A DNA stretch of 64,000 nucleotides from Leptogorgia sarmentosa (lineage: Eukaryota): NCBI GenBank assembly GCA_964658305.1, contig OZ210885.1:15562001-15626000 (forward strand), read 5' to 3'. Numbering within the stretch: position 1 is the stretch's first letter; the number at the start of each line of letters is the position of its first letter. The position numbers were made by a program, and so were the translations under genes. The notes beneath the pieces were generated by a model that had not been told where the DNA came from, searched no databases, and saw only the letters and a list, made by a program, of their open reading frames with translations. Of the stretch, positions 50,600 through 62,795 are shown piece by piece.

Positions 50600-53500
50600 A
50601 TGGAGCGCGATGAGTGGCAGTGGGAAGATACAAACGACGCATGGATCCAAGATGTACCCGATCCGAAAACCTTTTCAACCGAACCACAGAATGGGGAACC
50701 GCAGAATGCTATGAGTATGGAGTGGGAGTGGGGAGATACGAGCGACTCGTGGATTTGGGATGTACCTGACCCGAAAACCATTTCAGTTGAACCGCAGAAT
50801 TTGGAATCACAGAAAGTTGAGTGGGAAAATGTGAATAACTCTGAGGACTTACAGTATGGAGGTAGAAAGAGAAAAGCAGAAGATGATGATGAAGTTAGAA
50901 CACCGGAAAAGTTTTATACAATTAATGAGGTACGTCAAGTAAAAGCCAAAAAGTATCAAACAACTGCTGTGGATTATTCTGTACGCTTTAATGATTTGGA
51001 AGATCTTGATCTTGTTCGTGAGTATGAACGTACGCAGCAAATTTTTGAAGAGTTACTTACAGATGTTACGGAAGGAATGCAGGAGAGCGATTTGATTCGA
51101 TTTGTTTTGCGTACGGATCAATTGGATAAACCTATATCGTTACCGTTTATGCCTGTTTTACGTCTGACACCTGGACGTGTTTTCTCTCAAATTGAACGTG
51201 TTGTACAATCTAAGCAGGAGTTACGTTTAAAAGAGTCAGCTATTGTTGATATTGTCCACGTCGAAATGCCAAACGGTAGTGGGAGAAGAAAAAGGTGTGA
51301 TAATATTGGTCTACAGAGTTATTTGCATAGCAAGGGTTCAATAATAACCATTAAGAACAAAGACAATTTATGTCTAGCTCGAGCTTTGGTGGTTGCTATT
51401 GCAAAAATCGATAAAGACAAAAGGTACAAGTTATTAGCAGATTCCCGTAAGTCAACGCAGGGGAGAGCCGCACAAGAATTACATGAAAAAGCTGGTGTCC
51501 CTTTAGGATCGTGTGGGATTTCCGAGGTGAAACAGTTTCAGAAATATTTGACAGGGTATGAAATAAACATTGTTTCGATGGACGCTGGAGATACAATTAT
51601 ATATCCACCACAACCTACTGCTACGGAAGTGAAACGTATTTATTTGTACTTACATAATAACCACTACGATGTTATTACGTCCATGCCTGCATTTTTAAGT
51701 CGGGGTTATTTCTGCCACACGTGCAGAAAATCGTATGATCATACAGTGGATCATTTATGTGATAGTCAATGCAAGCAGTGTCGCGGTGTCAAGAAGCTGT
51801 ACAGATTGTAAACAGGTATTTAAGAGCCAGACGTGTTATGACAGACATAAGGAGTCGTTAGGGAATGGGCAATCTGTATGTCAGCAAATGAAAAAGTGTT
51901 TGAAATGCGGAAAATCGATGAGAATTCACCAGTTACCGGATCACCTATGTCAACAAACAAAATGCAGAACGTGTGGGGAGCTTGTTGACGTTAAGGATGT
52001 ACATTATTGTTACATGAAAAAACCAAAGGAAAAGAAAGGAAAGAAGGAGGAGAGCTACGATCAGTTGTTTTTCTTCGACTATGAGTGCCAACAAGAGAAT
52101 GGAATTCACGAACCAATCGTGCAAAATGAAATGGGGGATGAATGGTGTTTTTCTGGAGAAAATACAAATGAGGATTTTTGTAAATGGATATTTACAAAAG
52201 AGCATAAGAATTGCATGTTCCTAGCTCATAACTTTCAGGGATATGACGGATACTTTATTCAAAATTATTTGAGCGAAAATGGAGTAAAGTACGACGTTGT
52301 CATGAGTGGGGCAAAGATTGTAACACTAACAGTTCCTATGCTTACCATACGATTTATTGACTCTTTAAATTTTATTCCTGTGGGTCTTGCTAAATTTCCA
52401 AAGACATTTGGATTGGATGAATTACATAAAGGATATTTTCCTCATTTGTTTAATAAGAAAGAAAATGAAAATTATATTGGACCTATTCCGTGCGAACCGT
52501 ACTATAATCCGAATGAAATGAGTCCAGAAAATCGTAAAGCATTCCAAAAATGGCACAAAGAGCAAAGAGACAATAATGTCGTGTTTGATTTTGATGAAGA
52601 GATTACCAAGTACTGCAGATCCGATGTGGATATTTTGAGACGTAGCTGTATGGAGTTTCGCGAACTGTTTCAGAACAGTACTGGAATTGATCCGTTTGAG
52701 AAATGTTTAACGATTGCTAGTGCATGTCAGCTGGTTTACCGCACAAATTTCTTAAAAGAGAACATGATTGCAAGTTTTAATTCCGAACGGCATTTAAAAG
52801 TAAAGCAATCCAATACAGCAATAAAGTGGATGTCGTATATATCTGAGAAAGAGGGTATATGTATTGAACATGTGAGGAATGGTGGTGAGAAACGTGATGG
52901 CAAGTATTCCATGGACGGGTATCATGAAGAATCGAACACCGCATACGAGTTTCAGGGCCGTTTTTGGCATGGTAAGTAAAAGATTTTTGTGAATGTAAGA
53001 TATTTGCTTTTTTTCTTAACTATGTTTATTTTTAGGGTGTTTAACATGCTATACTCATGATACAGTTAATCTGATAAACGGGAAGACTATGCAAGATCTT
53101 CATACAGCCACCGTAGAGAAAATTATGTATCTTAAAAATCAAGGATATAATATTGAGGAAATGTGGGAATGTGATTTAAATAAAAAGCTGGAGGAAAATG
53201 AAGAAATGCGTCGCTACTTTGAAGAGCATGACCTTGTGGACCCACTCCAACCGCGTGACGCATTTTTTGGTGGTCGCACAAATGCCGCAAAGTTATTCCA
53301 TCAATGCAAAGATGGAGAGAAAATAAAATATGTGGATTTTACAAGTTTGTATCCTTGGTGTAACAAGTCAACGCGAATGGTAGTAGGACACCCAGAAATT
53401 ATCACTGAAAATTTTCAGGACATTTCAGCATACTTTGGTCTTATAAAATGTACCGTGTTACCACCCCGAGGATTGTTTCATCCTGTTTTACCTTATCGCA

Positions 53501-54642
53501 CTCCCGGTAAATTAACCTTCCCATTATGCAAAGTGTGCGTTGATACCGCTAACCAAACTACATGCACCCACTCGGATGAGGAGAGAGCTATTCTTGGTAC
53601 GTGGTGTCATGTGGAGTTACTAAAGGCAATAGAAAAAGGGTACCAAATTCTACGACTACATGAGGTGTGGCATTTTCCGAAGCAGTCCGATGAGTTATTT
53701 AAAGAGTATGTGGACACCTTTTTAAAGATCAAACAAGAAGCCAGCGGTTACCCGAAAGATCGTACAACACCCGAACAGAAGCAAGCCTACATTGCTGAAT
53801 ATTTGGAGCATGAAGGAATTGTACTGGATCCGGAAAAGATTACACACAATCCTGGTTTGCGCGCTTTAGCTAAACTCATGCTAAACTCGTTTTGGGGTAT
53901 GTAATATACTGCTGTTCATATTTATAATACTCCGGGTAATTGTGTTTTTTGTTTAGGTAAATTTGGACAGCGCGGGAATTTAGGCAAGACAGAAATGATA
54001 ACGGAACCGCAAAAGTACTTTGACCTTTTGACCTCCAATGAATTTGAAGTGTCCAACGCCCGAATAGTTAGCGATAACATGGTTGAGGTACAATAAAAGA
54101 GCGTTGGTGATTTTGAGGAACCAAACAGCAAAGCAAATGTGGTTGTTGCTGCTTTTACCACGGCGTACGCCCGTCTGAAACTTTACGGTTTATTGGACAT
54201 GCTACAGGAACGTGTACTTTACTATGATACGGATTCAGTTATATATGTATCGAAGCCTGGTGAGCCAGAACCACCTTTGGGAAATTATCTCGGTGATTTA
54301 ACCGACGAGTTAGACAGAGACCACATTACCACGTTTGTATCGGGAGGCCCAAAGAATTACACATATCATACAGCTAAAGGAAAGTTGGAAACAAAAGTAC
54401 GAGGAATTACCTTGAATCATACAACGTTGCAAAAAAAAAACCCCAACGTCATTCGTTCGCTTGTGTACTTACATATAGAATGTGATGCTGAAGCAAAAGT
54501 TACGATCGATATTCCGTTTAAAATTACTCGGAATAAAAAAGAAAAGAACATTGTAACAAAAAAGATGAAAAAGGATTATCGGATTGTATACGACAAACAT
54601 GTTATTAAAGACAATTATGAAACATTACCTTATGGCTTTTAA
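50600..54642 (+). pseudogene. Protein-primed family B DNA polymerase (pPolB) with two spliceosomal introns, one frameshift (~51790) and one premature stop (54094)
   Basis: FFDYE, AHNFQGYDG, FIDSLNF, KGYFPH, YCRSDV, FFGGRT, YVDFTSLYP, KLMLNSFW/GKFGQ, YYDTDS, GPKNY. VSR-like insert EFQGRFWH/GC. Confidence 0.95.
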
Positions 54643-54794
54643 TGTAAATATGTTTTATTAAACATTGTTTTGAACACCCTATGGGTTTTATTAAACATTT
54701 TTTGAATTACCCCATGTGTTTTAATAAACATTTTGAACACGTTCTATTGTCTCTCTTTTGGTAACATGTGTCGATACTTATCTGGACACTTTCC

Positions 54795-55061
54795 TCAAAA
54801 ACCACCGTCTTTTAAACTTTGATCCCCGTACTTTGCAATTGTTCGTTTTAGTTGTTCACATTCAGGGTGAGAATTGACAGCTAAGGTGTAGTAGTTATTT
54901 TTCCAGTGAATTTGTTCCCTCTTTATCATACGATGAAATAGTTGAGAAATAGAGTAAAAACCCTCAAAAAATTTGTGTATGTCATCATCACCATTTACGT
55001 AATGTACACCTCCAGTTGTTTTGTTGGTAATAACAAAGTATTCTCCGTCACAGAAACACAT
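54795..55061 (-). CDS. Small Polinton hypothetical protein
   Basis: 88-aa ORF between pPolB and the next gene, converging on a shared AT-rich polyA-signal region. Confidence 0.4.
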   Translation of the reverse strand: MCFCDGEYFVITNKTTGGVHYVNGDDDIHKFFEGFYSISQLFHRMIKREQIHWKNNYYTLAVNSHPECEQLKRTIAKYGDQSLKDGGF

Positions 55062-55149
55062 TTTCGTAAATGAAGTAGGTAAACAAAGTTCTTTCTTTAT
55101 ATACTATATTTACATGTGGTTATTTACTTGTGTTTTTTTCCATATAAGT

Positions 55150-55700
55150 ATGTGTAATGTAAATACCATTTACAGTATGGATGTGATAGTTGATGAACTA
55201 TGTAAAAATGGTATTGCTATTGATAAAACAACCCTGTCTTATTTTATTAATAAAGCATACAATGATTATCAGAGCGTGTATGAAAGTTTTTTAGATACAG
55301 TATCATATGAAGATTTGTTTGTAGTATGGAATCAGCTACAGCCCAGTTCGTTTGGTCATGTGATGGTTTTTCTGACCGCGGTACATTTACAAAATCTTAC
55401 TGATAAGCAAAAGCGTGACGTGGTACAACTTACAATTCCTGTGTTGAAAAACATTGACATATCAAAGTACAAAAAAGAAAAATCCATTTTGGATAATTAC
55501 ACAGTAGTACGAAATATTATACATCGATTTTTGCATCGCTATGTGTGTCGTCGCTTGGACCCTATTTTCTGTCAGTGTTATGTTATTGCTAATGTTATTG
55601 GGGGGCTTGCAAGACGATGGAGAATATGGGAAAGAGCGCAAACTACTGTGCGTTATTTGTACTATAAAATCCGGATTTGGAATATAAGACACTATAACGT
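55150..55700 (+). CDS. Polinton hypothetical alpha-helical protein (weak Bcl-2-like pattern)
   Basis: ATG preceded by ATAAGT; YESFLDTV..LFVVWNQL.PSSFGHVMVFL. The end point is uncertain because the ORF runs into the ATPase frame. Confidence 0.45.
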
Positions 55701-55701
55701 G

Positions 55702-56328
55702 ATGGACGTAAGGTTCAAAGTACCAGCTAATTTTTAAGTATCAGGACAAAGTCAAAGTGGAAAATCATTTTTGGTTCGTAAATTACTACAACATTCAAAC
55801 GAATTATTTAACCCTGTTCCTACAAAAATCATTTATTGTTATGGGGAGTATCAGAAAGAATTTGAAGAACTACAAAATGTGGATTTGATCGAAGGATTTC
55901 CATCAAATTTGGATGAGTTAACCCGAGGACATGACAATTCTATCGTGGTATTGGATGATCTTATGGGGGAATGTTCAAAAGATCAACGTGTTTCCGATTT
56001 ATTTACACGTGCTTCTCACCATAAAGGCATTTCTGTATTATATCTTACACAGAATCTATTTCCACCAGGAAAATTATCGAGAACAATTAGCTTAAATTGT
56101 CATTACATTTTTGTTTTTAAAAACCCACGTGATTCTCTCGGGATTGCAACACTAGCTAAACAAATGTATCCTAGACAAAGTAATTTTTTGGTGGATTCCT
56201 TTCACGATGCTACGAAACAACCACATAGTTATTTACTTATTGATTGTCACCCACAAACTCCTGAAAATATACGGTTACGTACAAATATTTTACCTGGAGA
56301 AAGACAAATTGTATATATAAAGAAGTAA
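55702..56328 (+). pseudogene. A32/FtsK-like genome-packaging ATPase (in-frame stop at 55735-55737)
   Basis: MDVRFKVPANF*VSGQSQSGKS (Walker A), IVVLDDLM (Walker B), SHHKGISVLYLTQNLF, FKNPRD. Confidence 0.92.
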
Positions 56329-56347
56329 AAACAAAACATATATTCAT

Positions 56348-57058
56348 TTGTGTAATACATTGCGTACGATAATTACATCGAGAAACATTGCTGTATTCGT
56401 TACCGGTGGTACAAAGAAATTAACATTAAATGAACCTTTTTTAACACGAAATGGTACTACAATACAACTAAAACGAGCAGCAGTTTTTTGGAAGTTCAAA
56501 AATGTTACATCTACAAATAATAAATACACTGTTGGTACAAGTCAAAAAGAAATCAGTGAGGGATATTGGGATTTTGAACTCATTAAAGAACGGTTGAAAG
56601 TGGATAAAATCAATCTTACTGCAAACATACACGATAATACGTGTAATGTCGAAAATAAAACAGGGAAGACCATAAACTTAAAAAACCTCGGAGAACTATT
56701 GGGATTTCCTGCGAATGCTAGTATAACTAAAGATGCAGTTATCACAAAATCACCAAAAGCAGTTGACGTCAATCGCGGATTAAGATACCTAAAGGTTAGA
56801 TGTGATCTTGCAAATCCACTTAAAAATGTTGACACAAACGGAAACACAAACACAAACATTGCCTATTTACCCATTCCTCCTGGTACACGTTTAAACTCCA
56901 CCGTTTCCGGTTTTAACGAAAATCATCCTGTGGTTTTTGTTAAGGAAGACATTGTTACTGAAATGACGTTTACTGTAACCCCAAACATAAATATTCCTGT
57001 GGATGTTGATGTGCTTCTTAATCTTGTTGTGAATGGTATACATATGGAACACACTTAG
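56348..57058 (+). CDS. Probable minor capsid (penton-like single jelly-roll) protein
   Basis: Beta-rich; ISEGYWDF, LGELLGF, VDVNRGLRYLKVRCDL pattern typical of Polinton minor capsids; located next to the ATPase. Confidence 0.65.
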   Translation: MCNTLRTIITSRNIAVFVTGGTKKLTLNEPFLTRNGTTIQLKRAAVFWKFKNVTSTNNKYTVGTSQKEISEGYWDFELIKERLKVDKINLTANIHDNTCNVENKTGKTINLKNLGELLGFPANASITKDAVITKSPKAVDVNRGLRYLKVRCDLANPLKNVDTNGNTNTNIAYLPIPPGTRLNSTVSGFNENHPVVFVKEDIVTEMTFTVTPNINIPVDVDVLLNLVVNGIHMEHT

Positions 57059-57079
57059 TGGATGTTAGTCAGTTATAGG

Positions 57080-57415
57080 ATGTCTTTGTATGCGAAAAGA
57101 ACCCTACCGCTCCTTCAAACATTAGCAACATCAAAACCGGCTTTGCGAAACGCTATTCTTCAACACGCTCCCGCGGATTTGATAAAAGCTATTTCCGAAA
57201 TTATTTTAAACGTACTTAAAGGGGCTATAAAAATAACCCCAAAGCAAAAGAAACGGTTGGTTCGCTACAAAAACAAGCTCCGTGAACTAGCAAGTAACAG
57301 AGTATCAGAAAAAGTAAAAAGAAGGTTTCTTACACAAAAAGGTGGTGGCGGTGGTGCTGTTTTAGCGTCAATACTCGTGCCTTTGGCTATTGCTGCAATT
57401 ACTGGACGGGCATGA
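57080..57415 (+). CDS. Conserved small basic Polinton core protein
   Basis: LIKAISEIILNVLKG..ITPKQKKRL.RYK..LR.LA..KRRFLTQKGG followed by a hydrophobic tail. Confidence 0.7.
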   Translation: MSLYAKRTLPLLQTLATSKPALRNAILQHAPADLIKAISEIILNVLKGAIKITPKQKKRLVRYKNKLRELASNRVSEKVKRRFLTQKGGGGGAVLASILVPLAIAAITGRA

Positions 57416-58077
57416 AACGTATGGTTTTGATTCCTGAAGAAAAGCTTATGCAATATGAGCAACAAAAAGGAGGTGGAACACACCCATATATAAATATTAC
57501 ACCCTACACACCCAATACAGGGTGGTCTACACCACCTACACAGCAGTATGGTTATGGAAAAAATGAAGAGGAAAGGGAGTTATCAGATGATATTATTGTC
57601 CGTGGAATTCCAAAGACTATGAGAACCCGCGCTAGTGCCCTATTGGAACGACTAAAAGCAAGACCTGACGTTATTTCCTGGGATGATATGGGTCAAGTCA
57701 AAATAGGAGTTTTTATACCGAAATCAAATATCTCGGATTTGATCTCCAATGCTATGAGATCACGTAAAAACTTTAATCCTATAGCCTCGCAAGAGTTTTT
57801 TAACGTATTAAATAATCTAAATGTACCTAGAGATCTTGTACGAAACGAGGAATCCATGAATAAATGTAAAAAACCCGTAACACAAAAAGGAGGATTTGGT
57901 GGTGGATCATTTTTGGAACTCACAGACACAATCTTTCACATAGCAAATAAAGCAGCACACGGTGGAGCAAGATATATGGCAAATAGAGAAAGAAAAGAAA
58001 AAGCGAAAAAAACGACAAAAAGGTCGGGGTGTACAAAAAGGGCGCGGGGAAAAACTACCCAAATGGGAATGTTATAA
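57412..58077 (+). CDS. Conserved Polinton core hypothetical protein
   Basis: MKRMVLIPE; IPKTMRTRASALLERLK..ISWDDMGQV..IPKSNISDLI; QxGxG motifs; ATGA overlap with the upstream gene. Confidence 0.7.
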   Translation: MKRMVLIPEEKLMQYEQQKGGGTHPYINITPYTPNTGWSTPPTQQYGYGKNEEERELSDDIIVRGIPKTMRTRASALLERLKARPDVISWDDMGQVKIGVFIPKSNISDLISNAMRSRKNFNPIASQEFFNVLNNLNVPRDLVRNEESMNKCKKPVTQKGGFGGGSFLELTDTIFHIANKAAHGGARYMANRERKEKAKKTTKRSGCTKRARGKTTQMGML

Positions 58078-58281
58078 AGGATAACTTTTTGTAAATAATT
58101 ATTGTTAAAAAATGAATAAAACACTTTTTGAAAAGCTGATTTTTTATTTAAAGCAATCTTTTACAACATTGACTAAGTCCACAAATGGATTTGTTAGTAA
58201 TATCAAAATACTTTTTAACATAACAAGATACGTTTCTATCGTTCAACAACGCATTATTTCCAAACATATTTACAATTCCAT

Positions 58282-58651
58282 TCATACTACGACCGCGAGC
58301 TCTCTGATATCAGTAAAAAATACAGTATTGCCCACACACTTCAGTCCACGAACTTTGTAATTTTTGTGTATTATATTTCCATTCATAAGGTTTACAATAA
58401 GTTTTAAAAGATTCGTTGTAATGTTCGGGTGGTTGTCCATAACTGTCAAAAAATTCTCCTGTATCATATGTGGGAAAGTAAAATACCACCCAATGCGTTC
58501 CTGGTTTCATAGATGGGTCCGTATTAGCTACAAACCCACAAGGGAATGTACTTAAGGATTTCGGTAACTGGTCAGCAGGAAACACACCACAAAACCTCTT
58601 TGATGTTTTTGAATTACGTTCCAAGGCACGCTCAATTCGTTGGGTATTCAT
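58282..58651 (-). pseudogene. Adenain-like cysteine protease (capsid maturation), truncated by a stop at 58310
   Basis: FCGVFPADQLP, NTDPSMKPGTHWV, FFDSYG, LQSSWTEVCGQYC. Confidence 0.92.
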
Positions 58652-60094
58652 GACGACGTGTCATACATTACATTCCTGGCACCATCAATTTGTATAATAT
58701 TTTCAAAATCTCCGTAGCATACCAAAGCAAGAGCCGCGGTTGGTGCAGTGGCGAACGTGATGTCAATTGTCAGTGCACCGTGTTGCACTGCATTAAAATA
58801 GGGAGAGGAACCACACATGTCGGGGGTTAGATCAAAGGCATAGATGGTGTACCCTTTAGGGTAATCTTCTCGGGATATATCGAGTCCGGTGTTGTAATTC
58901 ATCTTTCCAGTACCAGAAAACAAAGTACCGAATGCTTGCGTGAAATTTTCTTTGCTGTTTTCGTAATTCAGATTGAATTGTTTGAAGGGTAATTCTTCTC
59001 CGTTTACTGTAAGTGTCACCGACGTTACGTCATAATTTTGGAAATTAAACGGGTTTTGTTTATAGTCTCCATTGAAAGCCTTAGCATCCACAAGACCAAA
59101 TACAAATGTTTTTGGTATGGTTCCCGTAAAAATGTTATCTTTTCTTATGGATGGAACGTTTCCTGGTACAACAAACGCTTTACATTCAACACGACGCGTA
59201 GGGTAAATAGCAGGCATTCTCTTTAACATGGTTGTGTGAGCTACTTGAACCGCTTGACTCACTTTGACTTTACGTACTTTAAGGATAACATCAGTTAACT
59301 TCACTTTAGCAGCAAGAGGGTTTGGGTTTCTGTCCATAAGACAGAACTGATCAGCGCTTCGGTTGAGAACCAATTTAACATTCACCTTATCCAATAAGAG
59401 ACGATTACTCATAAATGTGTCAACAAAAAGGGGTCCCTCCATAGTGAGAAGCTTTCCATCCCGTATAAACTGATGTCTTTTGGCAAAACCTTGATTTCCA
59501 CTTCCTGGTACAATAAATTTCTGAGTCTGTTTTAAACTGGTAGTTGGCGGCACTGTCGCCACCACCTTTGCTTGGAATAGTTTGTGCTTTGGCATAGGTA
59601 ATTGTTTTCTCTGAGGGAAGGCTTCCTGTATTATCCATTTCTCCAGGAGTATCTTTGTAGTACAGTGCTGACGTAAACTGCGATTGTTTGGCGGTAACAT
59701 CATAATTCAACAATGTTTCAAAATAGGCACGGTAGGGGTAGGTTCCAATGGCAGGTGTTACTTGTTTTCCATTCAGGTACACATCAACTTGTTTGAACGC
59801 TGTGTGTAAAAAGTTGTTGGTTGGGGCAACATTCGATTGTGCAGCTCCATCTAAATCAACACCGTTAGCCTTTACCACTTTTCCTTCAACAACCAAAATT
59901 GTTTTGGATAAGTCAATATAGTCATCATCACCAGTAACCAAAAATGTAATAGGTCCCTCATCATTTTCAACACTTGAAAGAGGGTGGTATTCGACCCAAC
60001 GACTTTTTTCCAAGCTTGTTTATGTGGGTGGAATGTTAAACAATTCAACTTCTGTTTTACCACAACGTTTTGAATTATTGTGTACGTAACTCAT
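58648..60094 (-). pseudogene. Major capsid protein (double jelly-roll), with an early stop (~60020) and a frameshift (~59500)
   Basis: ELFNIPPT*TSLEKSRWVEYHPL, YIDLSKT, NNFLHTAFKQVDV, YPYRAYFETLLNY, NPFNFQNY, YAFDLTPD. Confidence 0.93.
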
Positions 60095-60388
60095 TTTGAA
60101 GACCTCTTCTCTGATTCAATGTCAAACTAAATGTGAATACTTTTTCTTTATTTAACCAAATATATCCTTTGCAGGTAAAGACCTTCTCTGCTTTGACGTC
60201 ATTGCTCTTGGAAACACAAAACCTACAGCTTTTCCGTTTCTACGTACACCATTTCTCTTTTTACGTTGACCCCCTGTGCTCTGTCCTCCTGTTTGAAGCC
60301 ATAGTGGTTTGTATAGCCTCTTCCTTCTACCTCCTTTTTGAGACTTTTTTTCGATTTTTTGCTTTTTTGATTTTTTCTTTTCTTTAGG

Positions 60389-62760
60389 TAGGGGTGCACC
60401 GGAACCAATATTTTAAGATCCGGTCGGAACCGGATTTAAACGGAACTGGCAAAGAAATCCGGCCGGAACCGGAACTTAGTTTGTTAGCCATATATGGTCA
60501 TAGGTATCAAGAGCTGGAGGGGGAGTTGGAAAAAATAAAATTAAATATTGATTATTATCGACGTAATGGTTGAAATTATAATTATGGTATATGAATATAT
60601 GAAATGATTAAATTATCTGTATGTGCTTGTTATATGAAGTACTTTCCATAATCCACCATTCAAAACCGCTGACCATATTTTTATGTTAAAAAAATTAACA
60701 TATTTAATATTTTAAAAATAAAATATTTTTAAAATATTAATATTATACGAAAATTTAAAACACAAGGAAAACCGGGAAACCGAAAAACTACAAACAGGCT
60801 GTGCTATAAAGACAAGACTCAAGAGTATTACTAATTTTCAAAGATTGCATATTTTTGATCACGTAAGTAAGAGTAAAACCATACAATTAAGTTTACGTTT
60901 TGAGGTTTTTAAATCGGCAACTTTTTATCATATTTTTGCCTTTTTGTTAAATATCATTTATATTTATTAATTTGAACACTTTTTTAACAAACTTCCAAGG
61001 ATTATTAAAACCGTTAGAGTTGAATAAGGAACAATAATTAAATTAATCCATTTGTTTTAAGATGAAAAAGTCATGTCAATAATTTGGCAGTTTTTCACTG
61101 TCGAGGACCAGTCGGATACAGTTGCGAAATGTAAACTTTGTTCGAAAGGATTACGGAGAGGAAAAGTCGGATGTCTTCCCAAGGATTTCAGCACATCTCC
61201 ACTGCATAAGCATATGAAATCCATGCACGCGGTAGAATATCGCAAGGCAGAAGAAACGGCGCAACGCGAAGCGAAGTCAAGAACGGAAGAGAAAGCAGAT
61301 ACAGGACCGTCTCCAAAGCAGAGGAAGCTGACCGCTATAAATCAGATGACCCTGGAAGAAAGCTTCAGCCAGAAAAAGTATTGGGATATTAACGATAAAC
61401 GTTCTGTATCCATTCACCAAAAAATCATGAATATGATGGCCATGGACAATCAGCCATTCTCAATCACTGAAGACCAAGGCTTCATTGAGTTACTAGCCCA
61501 TGTTCAACCAAAGTATATGATACCAAGTCGAAGATACGTCTCGGATGTTATGCTTCCTAAGACCTTCAAGGAGATAAAAGCCCGCCTCTTAGCTCAACTG
61601 GATGAAATTCATGCCCCACATGTTTCATTTACGTCTGATATTTGGACCAGTCAACATTCAGTCGAATCGTTTATCTCGCTAACAGCGCACTGGGTCGACG
61701 AGGAATTCCAACGTTGCAGCGGTGTTCTCAGCGCACAGCATTTTCTTGGTTCTCAAACTGGGGAAAATATTGATCAAATGGTCAGTAAGATGATGAGAGA
61801 GTGGGAGATTTCTGAGGAGAGGCAGCACATCCTTGTACGTGACGGGGCATCTAATATGGCTTTGGGGCTTCGTTTGGCAAATGTAGCAAGTGTGCACTGT
61901 TTTCTCCATATTCTTGATCTCGTATTGAAAGATACTATTATCGATCTTTGTGCAAAGGTCCGTCGTATTGCTACTCATTTTAATCATTCAAGCCTGGCTC
62001 GCAATGAACTGAAGAATCTTCAAGCTGAGCAAGGAATTAATCTACCATTATTCCCAGTCCAAGATGTTTCAACACGGTGGAACAGCACGTACCTTATGCT
62101 TGAAAGAGCATTGACTCTAAAGCGACCACTTCAGATTTACACTGCTAACCACGATGTCCCAGTTCTTAGCTTAAACGAATGGAATCTGTGTGAGAAATTT
62201 CTGCGCATACTTCAACCTTTCTTTGAGATTACTAAGCAAGTTAGCTCTGAGAATTCGAAGCTAGGTGACGTTATACCTCATGTCGTTGCCCTTGATCGAT
62301 ATTTGTCGAAGCATGGTCATGATAGTTGAGTGCAAACTACTAAAACTGAGATACGAAACGCCCTCCGACAACGACTTCTTTCATGCTTACCCAACAAATT
62401 AAATGTCAAAGATGACAAGAATTATGTCATCACAATGGTGGTTGATCCACGCTACAAATTAAAGTTCCTGGACAACAAGGAATCTGCCAAGACGTGGCTT
62501 CTAGAAGAGATGCAACTTCAAACAGCAGTTGCGCCAGCTAATACCAATACACACGCGGCAGACGAAGACAACAATACCCAAGAGGCCGCTAGATTGGCTG
62601 GAAATAAGCCAATCGAAGGAGAAACGGCTGCGAGACGACGAAGAGATACAAACGCACCCAAATCGCTTAAAGAGGAAATTCATAATGAATTTCTGAAGTG
62701 CTATGACGACGTCAGTTCAGGATCTTACATCGCTCCTGGTAAGACGTGTGATTTTGAGCT
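60389..62760 (+). mobile_element. hAT element, 5' part (truncates the Polinton)
   Basis: Starts taggggtgcaccgga with ccgga subterminal repeats, followed by a ZBED4-like transposase. Confidence 0.8.
61073..62760 (+). pseudogene. ZBED4-like hAT transposase (BED finger + DDE), in-frame stop at 62327-62329
   Basis: IWQFF..AKCKLC..LHKHMKSMH, FTSDIWTS, VRDGASNM, HCFLHIL, QDVSTRWNSTY, VDPRYK. Confidence 0.9.
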
Positions 62761-62795
62761 CCGTACTTACACATCTCTATATTGAGTATTTTGCG

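Larger units (their letters stand above)
49471..60388. mobile_element. Polinton/Maverick (adintovirus-like) endogenous virus, truncated at both ends
   Basis: Compact cluster of pPolB, packaging ATPase, minor capsid-like gene, adenain protease and major capsid. No integrase or TIR visible in the window. Confidence 0.93.

Noticed and set aside
49471..60388. Complete, active Polinton
   Set aside because: No integrase or TIRs in the span, and pPolB, ATPase, protease and capsid carry stops or frameshifts.
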